Shown: positions 11,021-24,767 of the stretch, one piece after another
Numbering within the stretch: position 1 is the stretch's first letter
How the letters are laid out: each line of letters starts with the position of its first letter
Assembly: GCA_029953675.1 (NCBI GenBank)
Contig: JAMWBK010000013.1
Location: forward strand, 248,001 to 312,000
Direction of reading: 5' to 3'
DNA length: 64,000 nucleotides
DNA from: Rhodosorus marinus CCMP1338
Taxonomy: Eukaryota; Plantae; Rhodophyta
Program-made: the position numbers and the translations under genes
The notes under the pieces: generated by a model
Databases searched by the model: none
The model's input: the letters and a program-made list of their open reading frames with translations, nothing else
Told to the model about the DNA's origin: nothing

Positions 11021-12371
11021 CTTTTCACACAACAAACCAAAAAACCAAAAACACCACGTAAAGAACAATCCTCAATGACAACGCAAACAAAAAAAACTTC
11101 AGCTAGACACCAATCTAATGAATTGACACTCCCCTCTCTCCCTCCTTCCCCCCTCCCGCCCTCTCTCTCCCTCTCTCTCTCTCTGTCTCTTCCCAAACCC
11201 CAACCTCCCCTCGATCCTCAGCATAAACCAAAAGCCCTATTTATATACACCTAACCAAGTCGCCAAATCTCAACCCAAAACCCCCTCCAAACGACGCTAA
11301 AAATATACATTTCATCTCTTCTCGAGTTCTTTATCAGTTTTCAGTAAAATATCTGCCCCAACCTCCCCAATGAGCTTCCACAACGCTTGTCACTATATAA
11401 CCCTTTTTCCTGAAAAAATAGTGCGGCCAAAAATATTATCCCATACCCGGGCTAATGGTACCTCTTACCCCGAACAACCCCCCACGTCTTGTTACAGCCG
11501 GGCCCGAATGTTATTAATCTTGTAAACAAATATGAAGCTTTTCCAAACATTAGTTTGTTGAACTCCCCCCTACTTTTTTGTTCCAACTTGATCGTAAGAT
11601 CCTTCGACATGATGGGGGACTATCGGGGTTTTCAATCTCATCATTTTATTGACAGTTGCTCCCCCAGATTAGACGTACCATTTTCGTAACTTAACATATT
11701 TTATGAAAAAAGATCATTAATTACGAACTCTATTACTTTTATCCTTTTATTTCACTCAAATATAGTCCATTTATAGATAAGAACTGACGTAGTTTAGAGA
11801 AGTGGTAAGAGAAATTAGAGGGGCTATGTTTATGAGAATGTTGGGTGGAAGATCTTGTCAGAAAAGATGGCATATCTTATAGAATATACCTTTAAAGAAA
11901 ACAATTGGCAGGGTATAGTTCTTTTTTTCTCCTGAAGAAAAAACGCTTCTAGTCAAATATCTTAATTAAAAGGGTACAGAATTGAATTAGTAATAAAATA
12001 TTGAGTCTTGCATGATACTAGTCCGGTAATATAAGCCCACGTGTCTTTTTATTTTGCTTTTTTAGAATTATTGAATTTTCAAGGGTTTACGACTGTGCAT
12101 CAAACAAAGTGTTTTCGTTGATACGACTCGGTATGGTTTTGTTTATGAAAAAGGTCACGTTCTCGTAAGCTTTCGAAGGATACATGAAATTATTTTCGAA
12201 ACGGCTGATCTCCTGTTCTGAATAAATGAAAGGGTTTAAGCTGAAAGAGGTGGATGTATTTGTTTAGAAGTAATTAAATTGAATATCAGATTGTGTTCGT
12301 AAATATCTTCCAATCATGTTGAGGATGACTGGTGTTTCGTGCAGTTAAAATAATTTAATTAGAATTTTTGT

Positions 12372-12660
12372 TGACGGGGCTAAGCGGGTTGGTCTTGAAC
12401 CACCCTGACGCCCAGCGCCCAGGGACTCAGCAGGCTGCCCTGAGGCAACTGCACGCCAGGGTCAGAGGGTCTTCCTGGGGACCAAAGACCACCCCGATCC
12501 TAGCTACCCTCAGGAACGTCCGCCCACTCACCAATGCAATGTGATGAGATGAACTCCGCAGCGGCGATGTAGGATACCGGGATCCCCAGCCCGCGGCAGG
12601 GACTGCACGCGATGAGATGAAGTCCACATGCGCTTTGGAAAGTCCTTCTTTCTCCTTTTT
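12372..12660 (-). ncRNA. Candidate structured non-coding RNA, unassigned
   Basis: Nested helices 12385-12396/12485-12496 (11 of 12 bp) and 12402-12410/12454-12462; hairpins 12430-12452 and 12527-12548; B-box-like GGTTCAAGACC (minus, 12391-12401); no convincing ORF. Confidence 0.35.
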
Positions 12661-13505
12661 TTGTCTCGTAGGCGGAATTTGAAATTCCGCAGGCGGTCTA
12701 TGGCTTACGTCATCATAGAGATGAGTGCACGAATTCAGCGTCAATAACGGCATGGAGCTCTTGGCAGTAAACTCCCGGGCGTTGTAGAGTTGAAAATTAG
12801 TAATAAAATATTCAGTCCCGCGTGATATTGCTCCGAGTTCTAGTTTCCTTGCATGTTGGCTTTGGCACGGAGCACAGAGTACCGCTGATGCACCAAGATA
12901 CCGTACCCCTAGAATCGCTGCCCTTATCGTTTCCAAACCGATCAAGAAAAGGAATACCTGCTCTGGATATCAAATTTCAACCGATCTTCTATCGAGAACC
13001 AGCCCCCAAAAGAAGAAAGGTTATGTGGACAGCAGCTATATCACTCAGGGACAAGAATGTAACAGCATCACACTTCATATCCGGCCTGGAAAGCTCCGAA
13101 GCAATTCCTTTCCATCCTTAACGAACCTCTTGTCACTCAATCGGAGCCCTCAAAGTCACCAACAGTTGCGCTCCCTTTGCACTGGCTTTTGCACAGACAT
13201 CACCGGCAATCGATTTTACTTCCAAAAAATAAAAACAACTCTCGTGAAAGTTCCCGTAGTGCTTCAGGGTGAATTAAGGAAGCCTAAGGTTTGTTTTTCG
13301 CCGACCGTCGTCATCCATTCCTGTTCGTAAGGGGAAAGCTTTGGGAGGGTTAAGAGACGGTTTCTCATCTACTAGCCTAAGCATCTAACAAAAATTACGA
13401 CAGGACAAGAGGAAAAGAGAAAGCACAGGAGCAAAACGACGATGTGGTTTTTGAGATGTGAATGAGGCAAAGGCAAGCGAAGCTAGTACATTCTCTTCGA
13501 GCTCG

Positions 13506-15173
13506 ATGGTCCTCCTGAGTGCATTTGTCCAAATTCCAGGAGGAATCCTAGTCCGTTGTGGTGTTTCGGCACGTAGAAAAAGAGTGGACCCGATCTGTAC
13601 ATCAAATTTTAGAAACACTGGTTCAGATTTGGAGGTGAGAATTCTTCTTCGTTGGTTTCACATGCGTTAAAAATGTAGTTCTTAGTGAGCGGGGTGTCTT
13701 CGTTGTTTCTCTGGCAGGCTCCGTTCACACTTGACGCGGGCTCCGACGAAGACTACAGCCAGGAGGATGTCGATAGCATTCTTGCGAACGCTGGTTTTAC
13801 AGTTGCAAAGCAAAAACCGAAGAAGGCGGTTGAACCTGAAAGCGGTAAAAAACCCAAGATAGCAAGGAATCGATCCGTGACCAACAAGGACATCATCCAG
13901 TTTGAACGCGAGGGCCATGTCGCGTGCAGAGACCTGCTCCTAGAAGAACAGGTCGAGGACCTCAGAGAGAAGACATTGAAGGTGTTCGAGGACCGGCTCC
14001 TGGAGTCTTATCAACAGAAATGCAGCGTACTAGGTCTTGGGACTCCCGGAACACTCGCGGAAGCCAAAGAAAGTCTCGAAACGGTCGACAACGACAAAAT
14101 CCCGTTTTTGCAGCTCTTCAACCTCCGGAAAATGAATCCCTCGCTGTTGATACCAGAGCAACTGGCTCAAGCCGCTGCCACCCTGCTCGGCTCGAAGCGG
14201 CTACGTGTCTACCAAGACTCGGTACGAACATACTGCCTGGCAGGTTGAACCAGTTAGGAGTTTTTCCACCTGACTTCTTGTCTTCCACTCCAACGCAGAT
14301 TTTCGTCAAACGAGGAGGTGACGGACCTACATTATGGCACTCAGATCTGAACATGGCACCTCTAGATACAAACAGATTCGTAACAGCATGGATTCCGCTT
14401 CATCCGGTGACCGAGGAACTAGCTCCGCTCTGCTTTGCTACCGGCTCCCACACAGACTTTTCCGGGTGCTACTGGAAGGGACGACAGTTTTTGAGAGGTG
14501 GGACATAGTAGCTTCCTCGCCTTTGGGAAGAAGAAATTCATTCGTTTCATGAGCACAGTCTGCTTTGAGGCTACTCATGGGCTTAGTGTGGTGATCATTA
14601 ACCGTACTAAGCGGACTAATGGAGTCGATGATGGCCGTACTCAGCGGGATGGGACAGGGGTTTCTTCTCAACTCACAAGCGCTTTCCTTCTTGCTCACGT
14701 CGCTCAGAGGAGGACCTGTCCAGCCGCTACCAGGTGCAATCATACAGCCCCTTGAAGATCGGTGATGTGACGTTTCATCATGGTGGGTGTTAATCAGCCG
14801 TGAAGTTTACCGGCTGAGAAACATCTTCTTACAGCCAGTGTTTGGTGTGTTCCTAGGATGGACTTTGCATGGCACCGACGGAATGGATCTGACCTGTGAT
14901 CCCCGAATCGCTTGGACGGTTAGTTTTTTTTGTGAGGAGTCTACACGGCTCTTACCAGAGCGATTCTGGAGCGATATTCCGACGGAGGATAGGATGTCAT
15001 ACCAGAGGTGGATCAAGGTGATGTTCCACTCTTTCACAGGTTTGAAACTCATTATTCTAAAGATGGTGCCCTCTTGCCTGCTGCCCTTCGGACAGGAGGT
15101 CAAGACCAGCAAGCCGCTCAACCATCCAGATCTCGAGGTTGTGTTTCCAGTTCCAAAGAAGAAGATGGGATGA
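13506..15173 (+). CDS. Phytanoyl-CoA dioxygenase (PhyH) family Fe(II)/2OG oxygenase, probably plastid-targeted
   Basis: QFEREGHV, IFVKRGGDGPTLWHSDL (HxD), VTAWIPL..LCFATGSH, GDVTFHHG..TLHG, RIAWTVSFF across exons. Confidence 0.82.
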
Positions 15174-15884
15174 CTCGACGTCATCTTACGCGCTGGACAT
15201 CATGATGAGAGAGACACCAAACTGTTTCCAGAAGCTGCCACCCCATTGCATAAATGGGTTTATCGAGCCAGATGAAAACCAATCTTTGGATGAGATTCAC
15301 CGATCTCCCCGCGCACGACGAGGAGGATACCCGGAGGAAGCCTACCTACCACCGCACCCACCTCGAAATGTAATTTATTCTTTGGACGAGTTTAGAACGG
15401 ATAACTAGAGCTGGTGGCTCTCCAACGGCCAACTGAGCCGAAGCCCTTCCACACGATCGACTCCGCTAGTGAGCACAACTCTTCGCGAGAGTCAATAGGA
15501 TGCTTAGATGGTTTCTGGCTTGCTATACACTGGCTGTGGCTAACCGCTGGTTATGAAAACACTACAAAGTCTGAGTAGTATCTAACCAGAAAACCACTAT
15601 TCTGTTTGTCTTTCTGGACGATAAAAGATACTCTATATCTAGAGAAAGCTGGTAGAAACAGTCGGAAATCCTGGAGTCTTCTGGGCTGTATCCTCGTCCT
15701 CCCTCTTCAGGGTGGTTGGATTTATGTGCAATGCTTCAGGGATGCGGAAGGGGAGTTGGGGATGGTATTGGTAAGAGATCTGGGAGCGTAAATGGCTGCA
15801 TAATGTCGTGGTTGGAATTCGACCAGTTCTATCCTCCTTCTTGAGACCTTTTGACTCGTCCTTCCCCTGGGGTTGTGAGGAGAG

Positions 15885-18800
15885 ATGGAGCTGGATGATG
15901 CTGATAGTGGCGTGGTAGAGTTCGGTGGACGTACTGACAGCCGGAGCCGCGCGATTACTGTCGTTGTTCACGCGGATTCAGCTGCGGCAATGGTGGAGTG
16001 TAGTACTGGACAGGTAGGCAAGAGATCTACGAGCTCATCCCGCTGTATGGGATGGGGTTGGAACGCGAGAACCTTACTGACATAAATTGGTACCCTTGCG
16101 GTTCCTCCTTTCTGATTTCTTTTGCGGGACATATCTATAGGTCCTGTTTAGAAATTTACAGCAGGCAATGGAATCCTGTGTGGCGGCGATACTCGACATG
16201 GCCGATGACCTGAACGAGGAGGTTGTCCTTTCCATAGTGATCGGCCTCTCGGTTGATTCCATCCGGGAAACAAAATGCGTTGTCTACAGGGAAAAGTCCT
16301 TTCAACGTTCACAGATCTTCACCGTCCTCGATCCAATGTTGTTCGAAGCCCAAGTCAGGCTCAGCGAAATGATCCAGAGATCATCGGTGAGAGACTCCCA
16401 GTTTACGTTTCAATTCTAAAAAAAAAATCACGGCACCAAAACTGAATCGTTTATTTCCTGTTTTCAATAGTTAACTAACTCTGAGTCGACAAGTGGCTTG
16501 GTACTCCTAGACTTAGTTCGAGCTGGATTAGTTTGTACACCGCCATCGGGTGGTGAGGTAGGTCAGCTGAATTGTGACTTTCGTCAGCCTATCTGCCTTC
16601 TAAAGGAGCATTTTTTTGTTGTCTTTACTGTATGTAAGGTCATCTTGGTGACTGTAGATGAATACTCGAGGCAGAACCAGTCTAGTTGCTCTGCTCTGTC
16701 CTTGGTTTCGGCACTGATCAGCAGACGGACCCGGTTGAGCGCGATCATTGGGCATGGATCTGGCGGTATTGGGAACATAAGGGACAACTCCCTCTTGAAG
16801 TTCGTATCGAGGGCGAGCGGAGGTGTTATGACCAACGCTCACGAGGTTCGACTTCTCAGACATCTCTTCTCCAACGGTACCGGAGCGCCCAGGATCTTTC
16901 GATGTACGTGAAAACAAGATATGATGGCCATGACTGACGGAAAAGGGGCGAAAAGGCTGAAACTGTCCTGTGCTTTTGCCGTCCCGACTCGTAGGGTCTT
17001 CCTCGTTTCCTTTCGCAAGCGAAGAACTCACGGAGTACACCGACGATTCATCGATTGAGCTGACCGATTGCATCCAGCACATTCGGACGATTCAAAGCTC
17101 AAAAGGCGCAGATTTTCCATGGAAAGGGCACCCGCCAAAGACCGCGCTGATGGAGGAAGTGGTGCGAACGTACGTAATAGATCGCGGTAGTGTAGACAGC
17201 ATCAACGCAAGGAGGTTTTCCATCGGTTTCTTTGAAATTAACGAAGAAAACCTCATAGCCAGAGCAATCGAGCGAAGGAGCTCTCAGCTAATTGCAGATA
17301 TGAAGGTTTGCGCGCGACGTTAAGCTCCTCTCGTTGAAACAATGGCACATTGGCTTTCGCTCTCCGCCCCAGAAGTTTAAGGAGAACGCTTACCCTTTTT
17401 CTGTTCAGGACTTTGCGATACAGGAGATGCTGCTGCCGCTCCAGCCAAACGTCTACATTCTGAGCAGAATCGCTCACCGGGATGACGCGGCCGGGGGAGG
17501 GGGAAAAGCAGTTGTTCAGCTTTGCCTCTGCGCGAATGTCCATGTACTTCGCCTCTTTCGTCCCCGTCGTCTTGCGAAACAGCACGAGCGTTACCTACTC
17601 ACGTCGATGAGCGAGAAAGTCACACTCAAGCTGTCGATAATCAACAAGACCGTCGCCAGGATACAGAAAGTTGACACCAGCTTGAGCCTGCTCTGCGCGG
17701 TACCACGCAATCCCGGCTCCGACGCCATCACAACCATCCTCTTGAACAGCGGAATCGGTCGCGCTGACTGGCAAAAACTCTTCGATGTTCGAGCCTTCCA
17801 TGCGGTATGTGTCACCCCCATTTCGGAGCTGTTAAAGACAGGTCCTATCCTGTCTACATCGACTCGGCGATCGTCTTTCCACCGGCCGTCAGCGCGCGTG
17901 CATTAACTCACCTGCTCTTATCCATTCAAACCCTAGGTCTCCCCGTCCCCGCTTGGGAGTAGCCAGGGCGCACTTGACAGCAAGCTAATCCCTAGTTCCT
18001 TCATGAAGCAGCCCGATGGAACATGTATTGCTCTCAAAACTACAACTAGTAACTCAAGTGACGATGACCAACAGGGCTACTCTTTCGTGCTGCTCTCAAC
18101 GGAGTCACAAGCACCAAGGTTGTGGACTTTCACGCTCGCGGCGTATCGACTGGATACGGCTGGCTTCCAGTCGACGGTTGACGAAATATCGGATTTCCTT
18201 GTTGAGCACCACTTTGAGGTACAGTACCGACGCGAAAGTGCGTTCTGAAATCTCTGGCCTTCGTCCGACTGTATCGTCCTGCTGCCCGTGTTCTGGATTG
18301 CGTTCACAGGTCTTTGACCTCGACGTAGCTCCTTTTGAGCTTCTCGGGATACCGACGAAGAGCATATCAATTTCCTCATATGTGTCGGAGGACGCTGACG
18401 CGGAGGAAGACCAGCTAGCTTCTTCTCTCTTCAGGACGGAAACGTGGAGGTACGAATCCAACAGTTTTTCGAAAGAAAACGGGTGAAGAGAATTTTCACT
18501 GAGCATGTCGCGATCCGTTGCTCGATCTACAGCTTCGATGTTGGCAACTCGGGCCTTGTGTTGAGGCTCGCTGTGGCCATAGGGCGCTCGAGAAAGCTCG
18601 TGGGGTTCATACCTCTGGACGAAGAGCTGCCAAGTCATGGCCGGAAGCAGCAATACCTGCTGAACACTGATGAGGGAGGTGAGGGCCCCTTGCCGTCTAC
18701 AACGTGGGACTTGTACGTTATCAAATCGTTTACATTTGTTGCGGGCCATGTTCGCCTGTTTTGGGCCCAGGAGTTTGCTTCTATGTGATGACTGTAGGGG

Positions 18801-21694
18801 CTCAGGATGATCCGTACGTATCGTGCATGGTGCGAGTACATCCGAAGATTGATTCTGAAAAGGCACGAAGCCTTTACGAGAGAATACGAGAAGAGGATAC
18901 TTCGCTCTCGAGAGCACTCCTGACTGTAGCACGTGCAGGTTTGAACTTGGCAGCCCACGGCTTCTGATGCTGTCAAATGTTTCAGTAACTGACCCAGGTG
19001 TCTCTCTCTCTCTCCGTCTGCCGCAAAGGAGACTCGAGTTCATCCACCGAAGGCGGTCTACCGGAGGACTTGATCCGACTCATTGATCCATCGTGGGTGC
19101 GCAATGGGAACTGGTGTTCGACAGAGATGAGGTTTCGGGCCCCATCTGGCCTCTTGGCCGCTTCTCTTTATTTCGAGCTTGTGCTGGAAGAAATGGAAGC
19201 TGATGATAGGTCACACAGATTGAACTTTGAGGACGACCGTGAAAACCAGCTCTCGGTCATGGATTCTGGCAACGCTGCAGAGGCGAGTGATGGCTTCCAG
19301 TCTGAGACTACATTTGTGTTGCTGGAGAAGGGACTAAGCACACTGCCCGTTGCAACCATTCGCCGACTTGTTCAAGAGAAGCACGCTGAGGTCACAGCTG
19401 AAGCTGGCGATGAGGATCGTGCGCGAGAAGCAAGGTTCATGGAGATTGAATTCGCCGTGCTTTCTGCGCCGCTTGCTTGGATTTCGGGAGGGTGGAGCAA
19501 AGGTGAGAAGAAGATGTGATCAGGTCACGACGTGGTGTTAGTGGTTGAGCTAACCCAACACGATCCCTCGCTATGCTCGAGAAGATCACTCTGGAGCAGT
19601 TCTCAGCCAGACCCGTCGCGACACGGAAGTCATCAAACCTATAATTTACAGGTGTGAGGCCATCCACCGCTACAGTCTATCAAAGGCCATATCAATGGCT
19701 ATTCGGAAAGGCTGGTCCTACTCATCGGATGACCTTGACATGGCCTTGAAGGTCTGCTCCCCAGAGAGGATGAACCTCGAGCCCCAACGCTTCCTCATGT
19801 CCACCGCCAAGGTATCCGAGCTGCATCTCTACAGAGGTATGGCTTGCACACTCCTTTTTTCGGTGGTACATGGGACCTACTGTACTTAGGGTTGTTGACT
19901 GACTGCGTATGCGTTTCTCCACAGCGACAACATCCGCGCTAATTCGAACTCTAGTTGAGGAATCGAGAAGCTTCACCCTTTGTGAAGACGGCGAGAACCA
20001 CTCAAAGTATTGCTTTACCGGCCGTAGAGGAGCCCTGGAGGACACGCCTGTGTCAAGTGCAGAGATTACTGATGACGGGCAGCGGGCAGGCCAAGGTGGG
20101 ACAGGCCCCGAGAGCTCGATTACTGTCGAGGATAGGCGGGAGGACGTCGAGGACCATAGCATACCTCCGATTTTCCTCATTGTAGAAAAGACCAACGTTT
20201 TGTGGGTATATAGAGGACCTAGTAGCCGTAGTTCGCATGGGGAGACATCTCCTAGAGGTCATCTGGACGATCTGATCTACGTGCTTCGCGCGGCGGTAGC
20301 GGATATCTCGTATCTCCGTGATGGTCGCAGGTCCCTGAGCTTGTCAGTTTCATCCTTTGTGGTTTTTGAAGAGTTTTACGAGTCGTTTGGAGCGTGGCTT
20401 ACGTCCCTAGGACTGAGCGAGAAGGTCCAGCAGGGGTTCACAAGCCACCGGTTCATCGACATGAAACCAAACCATCCGAAACTGAGCATGTTCCTGAAGG
20501 AGAGTGCTGGGAGGCAGTGGAAGCTGAGCTTGTACGTTTGGACGGAAGCCGGAACATCGCTACTTGAAGAAGATCACACCCAAAGGACCGCGCTGCGTGC
20601 TCTGCTAGGATGCGGATCATTCGCGTTCGATTACGAAGTACAGACGGCATACAACCTCATCGTCGCTGAAGACAAAGCCAAGATCAGTATGGGTCTCAAC
20701 CACGTGGAGAGGCTCCTCAGCAGACCGAATCTTCCGATCGGGAGGCACGCCATCCTTGTGTCTCTCGAACTTGAGGTATGCAATTGGAGCAAAAGCACGC
20801 TGATGAGTTTTGCTGGATCGAGGCTCATGCTCTCCTTTGCATTTCGCTTACAAGATACCACTGGAGCAGGAGCTTACGGCATGTCGTAGTACTATTGAAA
20901 CCGTGATGGCGAGGCTGGTAGGTGTATCCTTGCGTCTAGGAGTGACAAATCTATTTCTGGAGGAATCCAAGTCTCGTCGAATTAGAGCGTTCATCAATCC
21001 AGCGTTTGCGGTGCCCGGGAGCGAGGAGCGGGGATTTCTGACGGTGAAGATTGATCCCCAAGGGTCGTCAATGACAATTGCACGAGCCCGTATTCGCGCG
21101 GGGCTCCTGGCTAATCCCAGCGCTGAGTACGTCTCGAGGGGTCTGGAGCACGTGGTCCATTTGAGGAGAGGAAAGCAGGCCCTGGAGAACAGCGCGGAGG
21201 CCATGGTCAGAAGAATGATTGGCGAGACCACAGCTGAGTTGACGCGGGACAGACTTTGGACAGATTTGTTCCTCCAGTCGGGACGTTCATTCTCTCAAGA
21301 TGAGAAGGTTTCACAAGTGCATCAGCTGAGGACCTTGGTTACCCTAAGGAGACTGAACGGAGAGACTGGAATCTCGCCTGAAATCCATCTGCCTACACAG
21401 GAGCGTGACGGCATCACCGCAGACGATGTCCTAACCTGGCTAGAGAAATCTCGGACCCATTTTCACCTGGTGAGAACGGCGACGCCAGATGGGACTCCGG
21501 TTGCGCTCATCGTCCATCGACGCCACGTTCATCTAGCACTGTTGGAGATCATATGCCCTACCGGAACGAGAGAACCGGAGCTTTATATATGGGCGAAAAC
21601 GGCCTCTCCAAAGTGTGAAGCTGCAGGAATTGATACCATAACGGCGTTTGTGAACGTGCTGTGCCTGTTCCTTTGGCACCTCTCGGCACCGTGA
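15885..21694 (+). CDS. SZT2: SZT2-like large protein with N-terminal vWA-like region (multi-exon)
   Basis: Spliced MVECSTGQ|VLFRNLQQAMESCV and GNIRDNSLLKFVSRASGG resemble recalled SZT2 segments [22 protein letters not shown] and GHVPNVELMKFIAMATFG; successive + strand exon ORFs run to the stop at 21694. Confidence 0.65.
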
Positions 21695-22972
21695 TGCCTT
21701 TATCAATGGGAGGTGGCACCCTCGACGCACGAGAATTTTACAGCTTTTTTTATACCTTCTTATACTTTTTATTACTATATCTAAGGCCGATTCACTCTAG
21801 AATACTCATTTTATGTACAGATGTAAACCATAATATTCCAAAATCCTCTTCAAAACCGATACAATACCTCTTCTCCGTAGATCTAGGCGCTTTTAGTTTT
21901 TGTGATTTTATTAAGCAAATGGACGACATCCGACTGATCAATTCGGCCGATGCAGATTTGAAGACAACCTGTCCATATTACCCGTCAGTCCAGGACCGTT
22001 GACCATCGCACGGTAAACTGAAGCAGACAATAAAAGGTGACGTAAACGCAGGTGTCTTGTGAAACTGGGAGAGGGTCGGCGCTCTCTCCCAGGTAAACGA
22101 GAAGGGAAGCCAAGCAAGGCAGGATGTTTCAGATCACGGAGGTGCATGCAGGCGCTGAGAAGGAAACAAAGAAGTGGAGGATGGGGAAAACCGCCGTCAG
22201 TCGCTTCACAGAGAGGCTGAAGGTATGGGTGGAGAAAATGGACTCGATTTGAAAGGTGTCGAAGACGTAGTGAGCGTTACGTTAGTCTGGGGTTCTATTT
22301 TACTTATTCCAACGTCTCTAGCAGAAACGTCTCACGGTATTATCGCACATCTCTCCCATCGCCTTCTGTTCCGACATAGCGAGCACACAGTCGAGTCGAA
22401 TAATAACGTCCTCTTAAAATAAGAACAAACAACCAATTTACAGGGCAGTACTCGTTATATCCAATAATAATTATTCCCGCTAACTCAATCCAATCATACT
22501 TCACGTAGGGAACAATAATCCAAACTTTACGACATCCACAAAATACCATGGACAATAGATCTTCGGTTCGGCTTGGAAAATAACTGAGGGGTACAATATT
22601 TCCACCAAAACCGTAAAACTAGGTAATAATTAATATAAAACATATTATTATACATTTCTGGTGGATAAAGTACGGGTGCAGAACTCGAGAAAAATCTGGA
22701 ACCAAATACCGGTGACGATCAGTATCCTCGCATATATAGCCAAGGGGTGGAAGCAAAACCCAATAGTGCTTAATAATTTCAGAAAAGCAATAATTAATTT
22801 TTGTATTGAATGAACTCAGGGGGGTATTAATTCTTTGCATAAAGAAAGTTGGGAACGAGAAGAATGTTCGGCTATAAGGGATGGGAGTGCGGCAGAGAAG
22901 CTGTGGAGAGGGACACGGGCAAGCGGAGACGAGCGTTTTTCTGATAAGTTTCATAGGAAAGAGGATTCTAGG

Positions 22973-24767
22973 ATGCCTACTACTAAGGAAGATGCTGAAA
23001 TGCCAGAGGTGGGATTGTCTCCCGATCTGTATGATAGTGGTGAGAGACTGTTCACGTTTTGGTTTCGGTGTTGTCATCTTTGTTTTTTGTTCCATGCTAA
23101 GCAGTGTTCGTTGTGCTTGAATCTAGGTCCTCCGAAAGCTGCGAAGAAAAGCTCAAAAGTTGCTGGTGCGCGCTCTGTGGACCTTATTTTCATTTTCTGG
23201 CTGGTCCGGATTTAGGGTTCAGGGGTTTCGCGGTCAATACTTCTTAAAATATTTGTTCGTTTATTTTCACTGATTCTGTAGGGAAAGGCGCAGGAAAGGG
23301 AACCAAGTCCAAGCCCGGGTCAAAGAAGGTCATTTGTAAGTTCGTCGAATGCATCTACAGCACAACTGGTTTCGTCCTCCAATTTGGACTCGACTGATCC
23401 TTTGGCCAATTGTACGCTGGCTTCTCAAGATAAAAAGAAAGAGGTCAAGGGCAAGGAAAACAAAAGCCCCGGCAGCGATGATTCTGACGGTATGTCTTTG
23501 ACGGACATGACGAGTTTGAGGGTGACTATTCTAAATCGGTTTTCTACTGCCTACTAGTACTTCTCGGGCGCTTGATCGAGGGAAAGTCCAAAAAGGACAA
23601 GATGAAGAAAAGGAAATCTCCAACTCCAAAGAAGCCGAAAAAGAGCCCTCTTGGTAAGGCCAAATCCAAGAAGAAGCAGGGTGAGAATACGCGAGAAAAT
23701 CCGTTTTCGCCCATTCGAACAACAGAGCTGACTTGCTGTCCTCCCTCCCTCCAGAAGAGGAGTTGCCCTCTGCAGGAGAGTCTTCGGAGGTGAGCGCGGA
23801 AAGATCAGGGATGAGAGAGAAGAACCGGCTAAACTGACTGGTTAAAACACATACCGTGCAGGATGAAATGAACCATTCCGCCGATGAAGAGGAGATTATT
23901 ACACAGATGGTTGACGACAGTCAAGCCGAATACATCGCTTTTACTTCAGGAGATGCAGACCTACATGACCTCGTGCGTTTCTCAACAATTTGCTTGTTGG
24001 AGACTGGAGAAAAGAAAAACTGGAAACTTACACTTCTTGGTTTTTTCTTTTTTAGGTTTTGCAGGGCGTAAAGCTCCTCGGCAGATTTGAAGTCTGTGAC
24101 AGACAAAGTGACGAAGCAGTCGGATGCCATGTTTACGTCCTTGGGAATGGAGGACGTCGTACGGGAAAGCTGCTCGATGCAATTGCGCGTAAGTCAGAGT
24201 TTCCCGATCTTTTGACACCTGCGGTTTGTTCATCCCTCGTTCGAGAAGACTGAATTCCAGTTTTCAGGAGGCTGTTGGGTGGTCACAGTTGACTGGGTTC
24301 TGGCGTCGATCAGTGAAGGGAAATGGAAACCCCTTGAAGAGTACGAAGCTACTGACATCTACCCAGGGGCGAAAATAGCACGTGAGTCCAACGGAAGCAA
24401 GGCAAAAGGTCTATTCAACGGGGGAAAAGTCGGAATTGCAGGAACGCCGAGGATGCCCATGCATGAAATCTCTTCCTTGGTTGAGTCCTGCAAGGGTACT
24501 CTGTCCGACTACAGGTGTGTTACTGTAGTACGTTTTGCCCAGTTCCAGCTGTGCTTTCCACTGAACCCTACGACTTTTCGCAAACACTTGGTGATGTTCA
24601 GATGTGACTACCTGATTGTGGCGCGAAACGCTACTTGGAGTGAAATGGATGAGATGGAATCCAGCAAGTGCTCCAGGGTTACTGAGAAATGGTTTTTCGA
24701 CTCTATAGCACATTGGAAGTTGCAGCCAGTACCTCCAAACTCGGAGATTGTCAAGGCCATGAGCTAA
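22973..24767 (+). CDS. Tandem-BRCT protein (MCPH1/BRCA1-like C-terminus) with Lys-rich N-terminus; start uncertain
   Basis: RRTGKLLDAIAR|..WVVTVDWVLASISEGKWKPLEEYE; second BRCT ..RVTEKWFFDSIAHWKLQP. Confidence 0.82.

Noticed and set aside
12372-12470. tRNA or tRNA-Sec suggested by the B-box
   Set aside because: No acceptor stem or anticodon arm can be built.
12672-12690. 9-bp-arm palindrome gcggaattt-g-aaattccgc
   Set aside because: About one such is expected by chance in 64 kb.
18105-19043. 312-aa minus ORF and other long antisense ORFs (2546-3262, 47202-47834, 60813-61451)
   Set aside because: Shadows of genuine opposite-strand coding sequence.
21700-22900. Short ORFs in AT-rich spacer
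   Set aside because: No motif or coherent splice pattern found.
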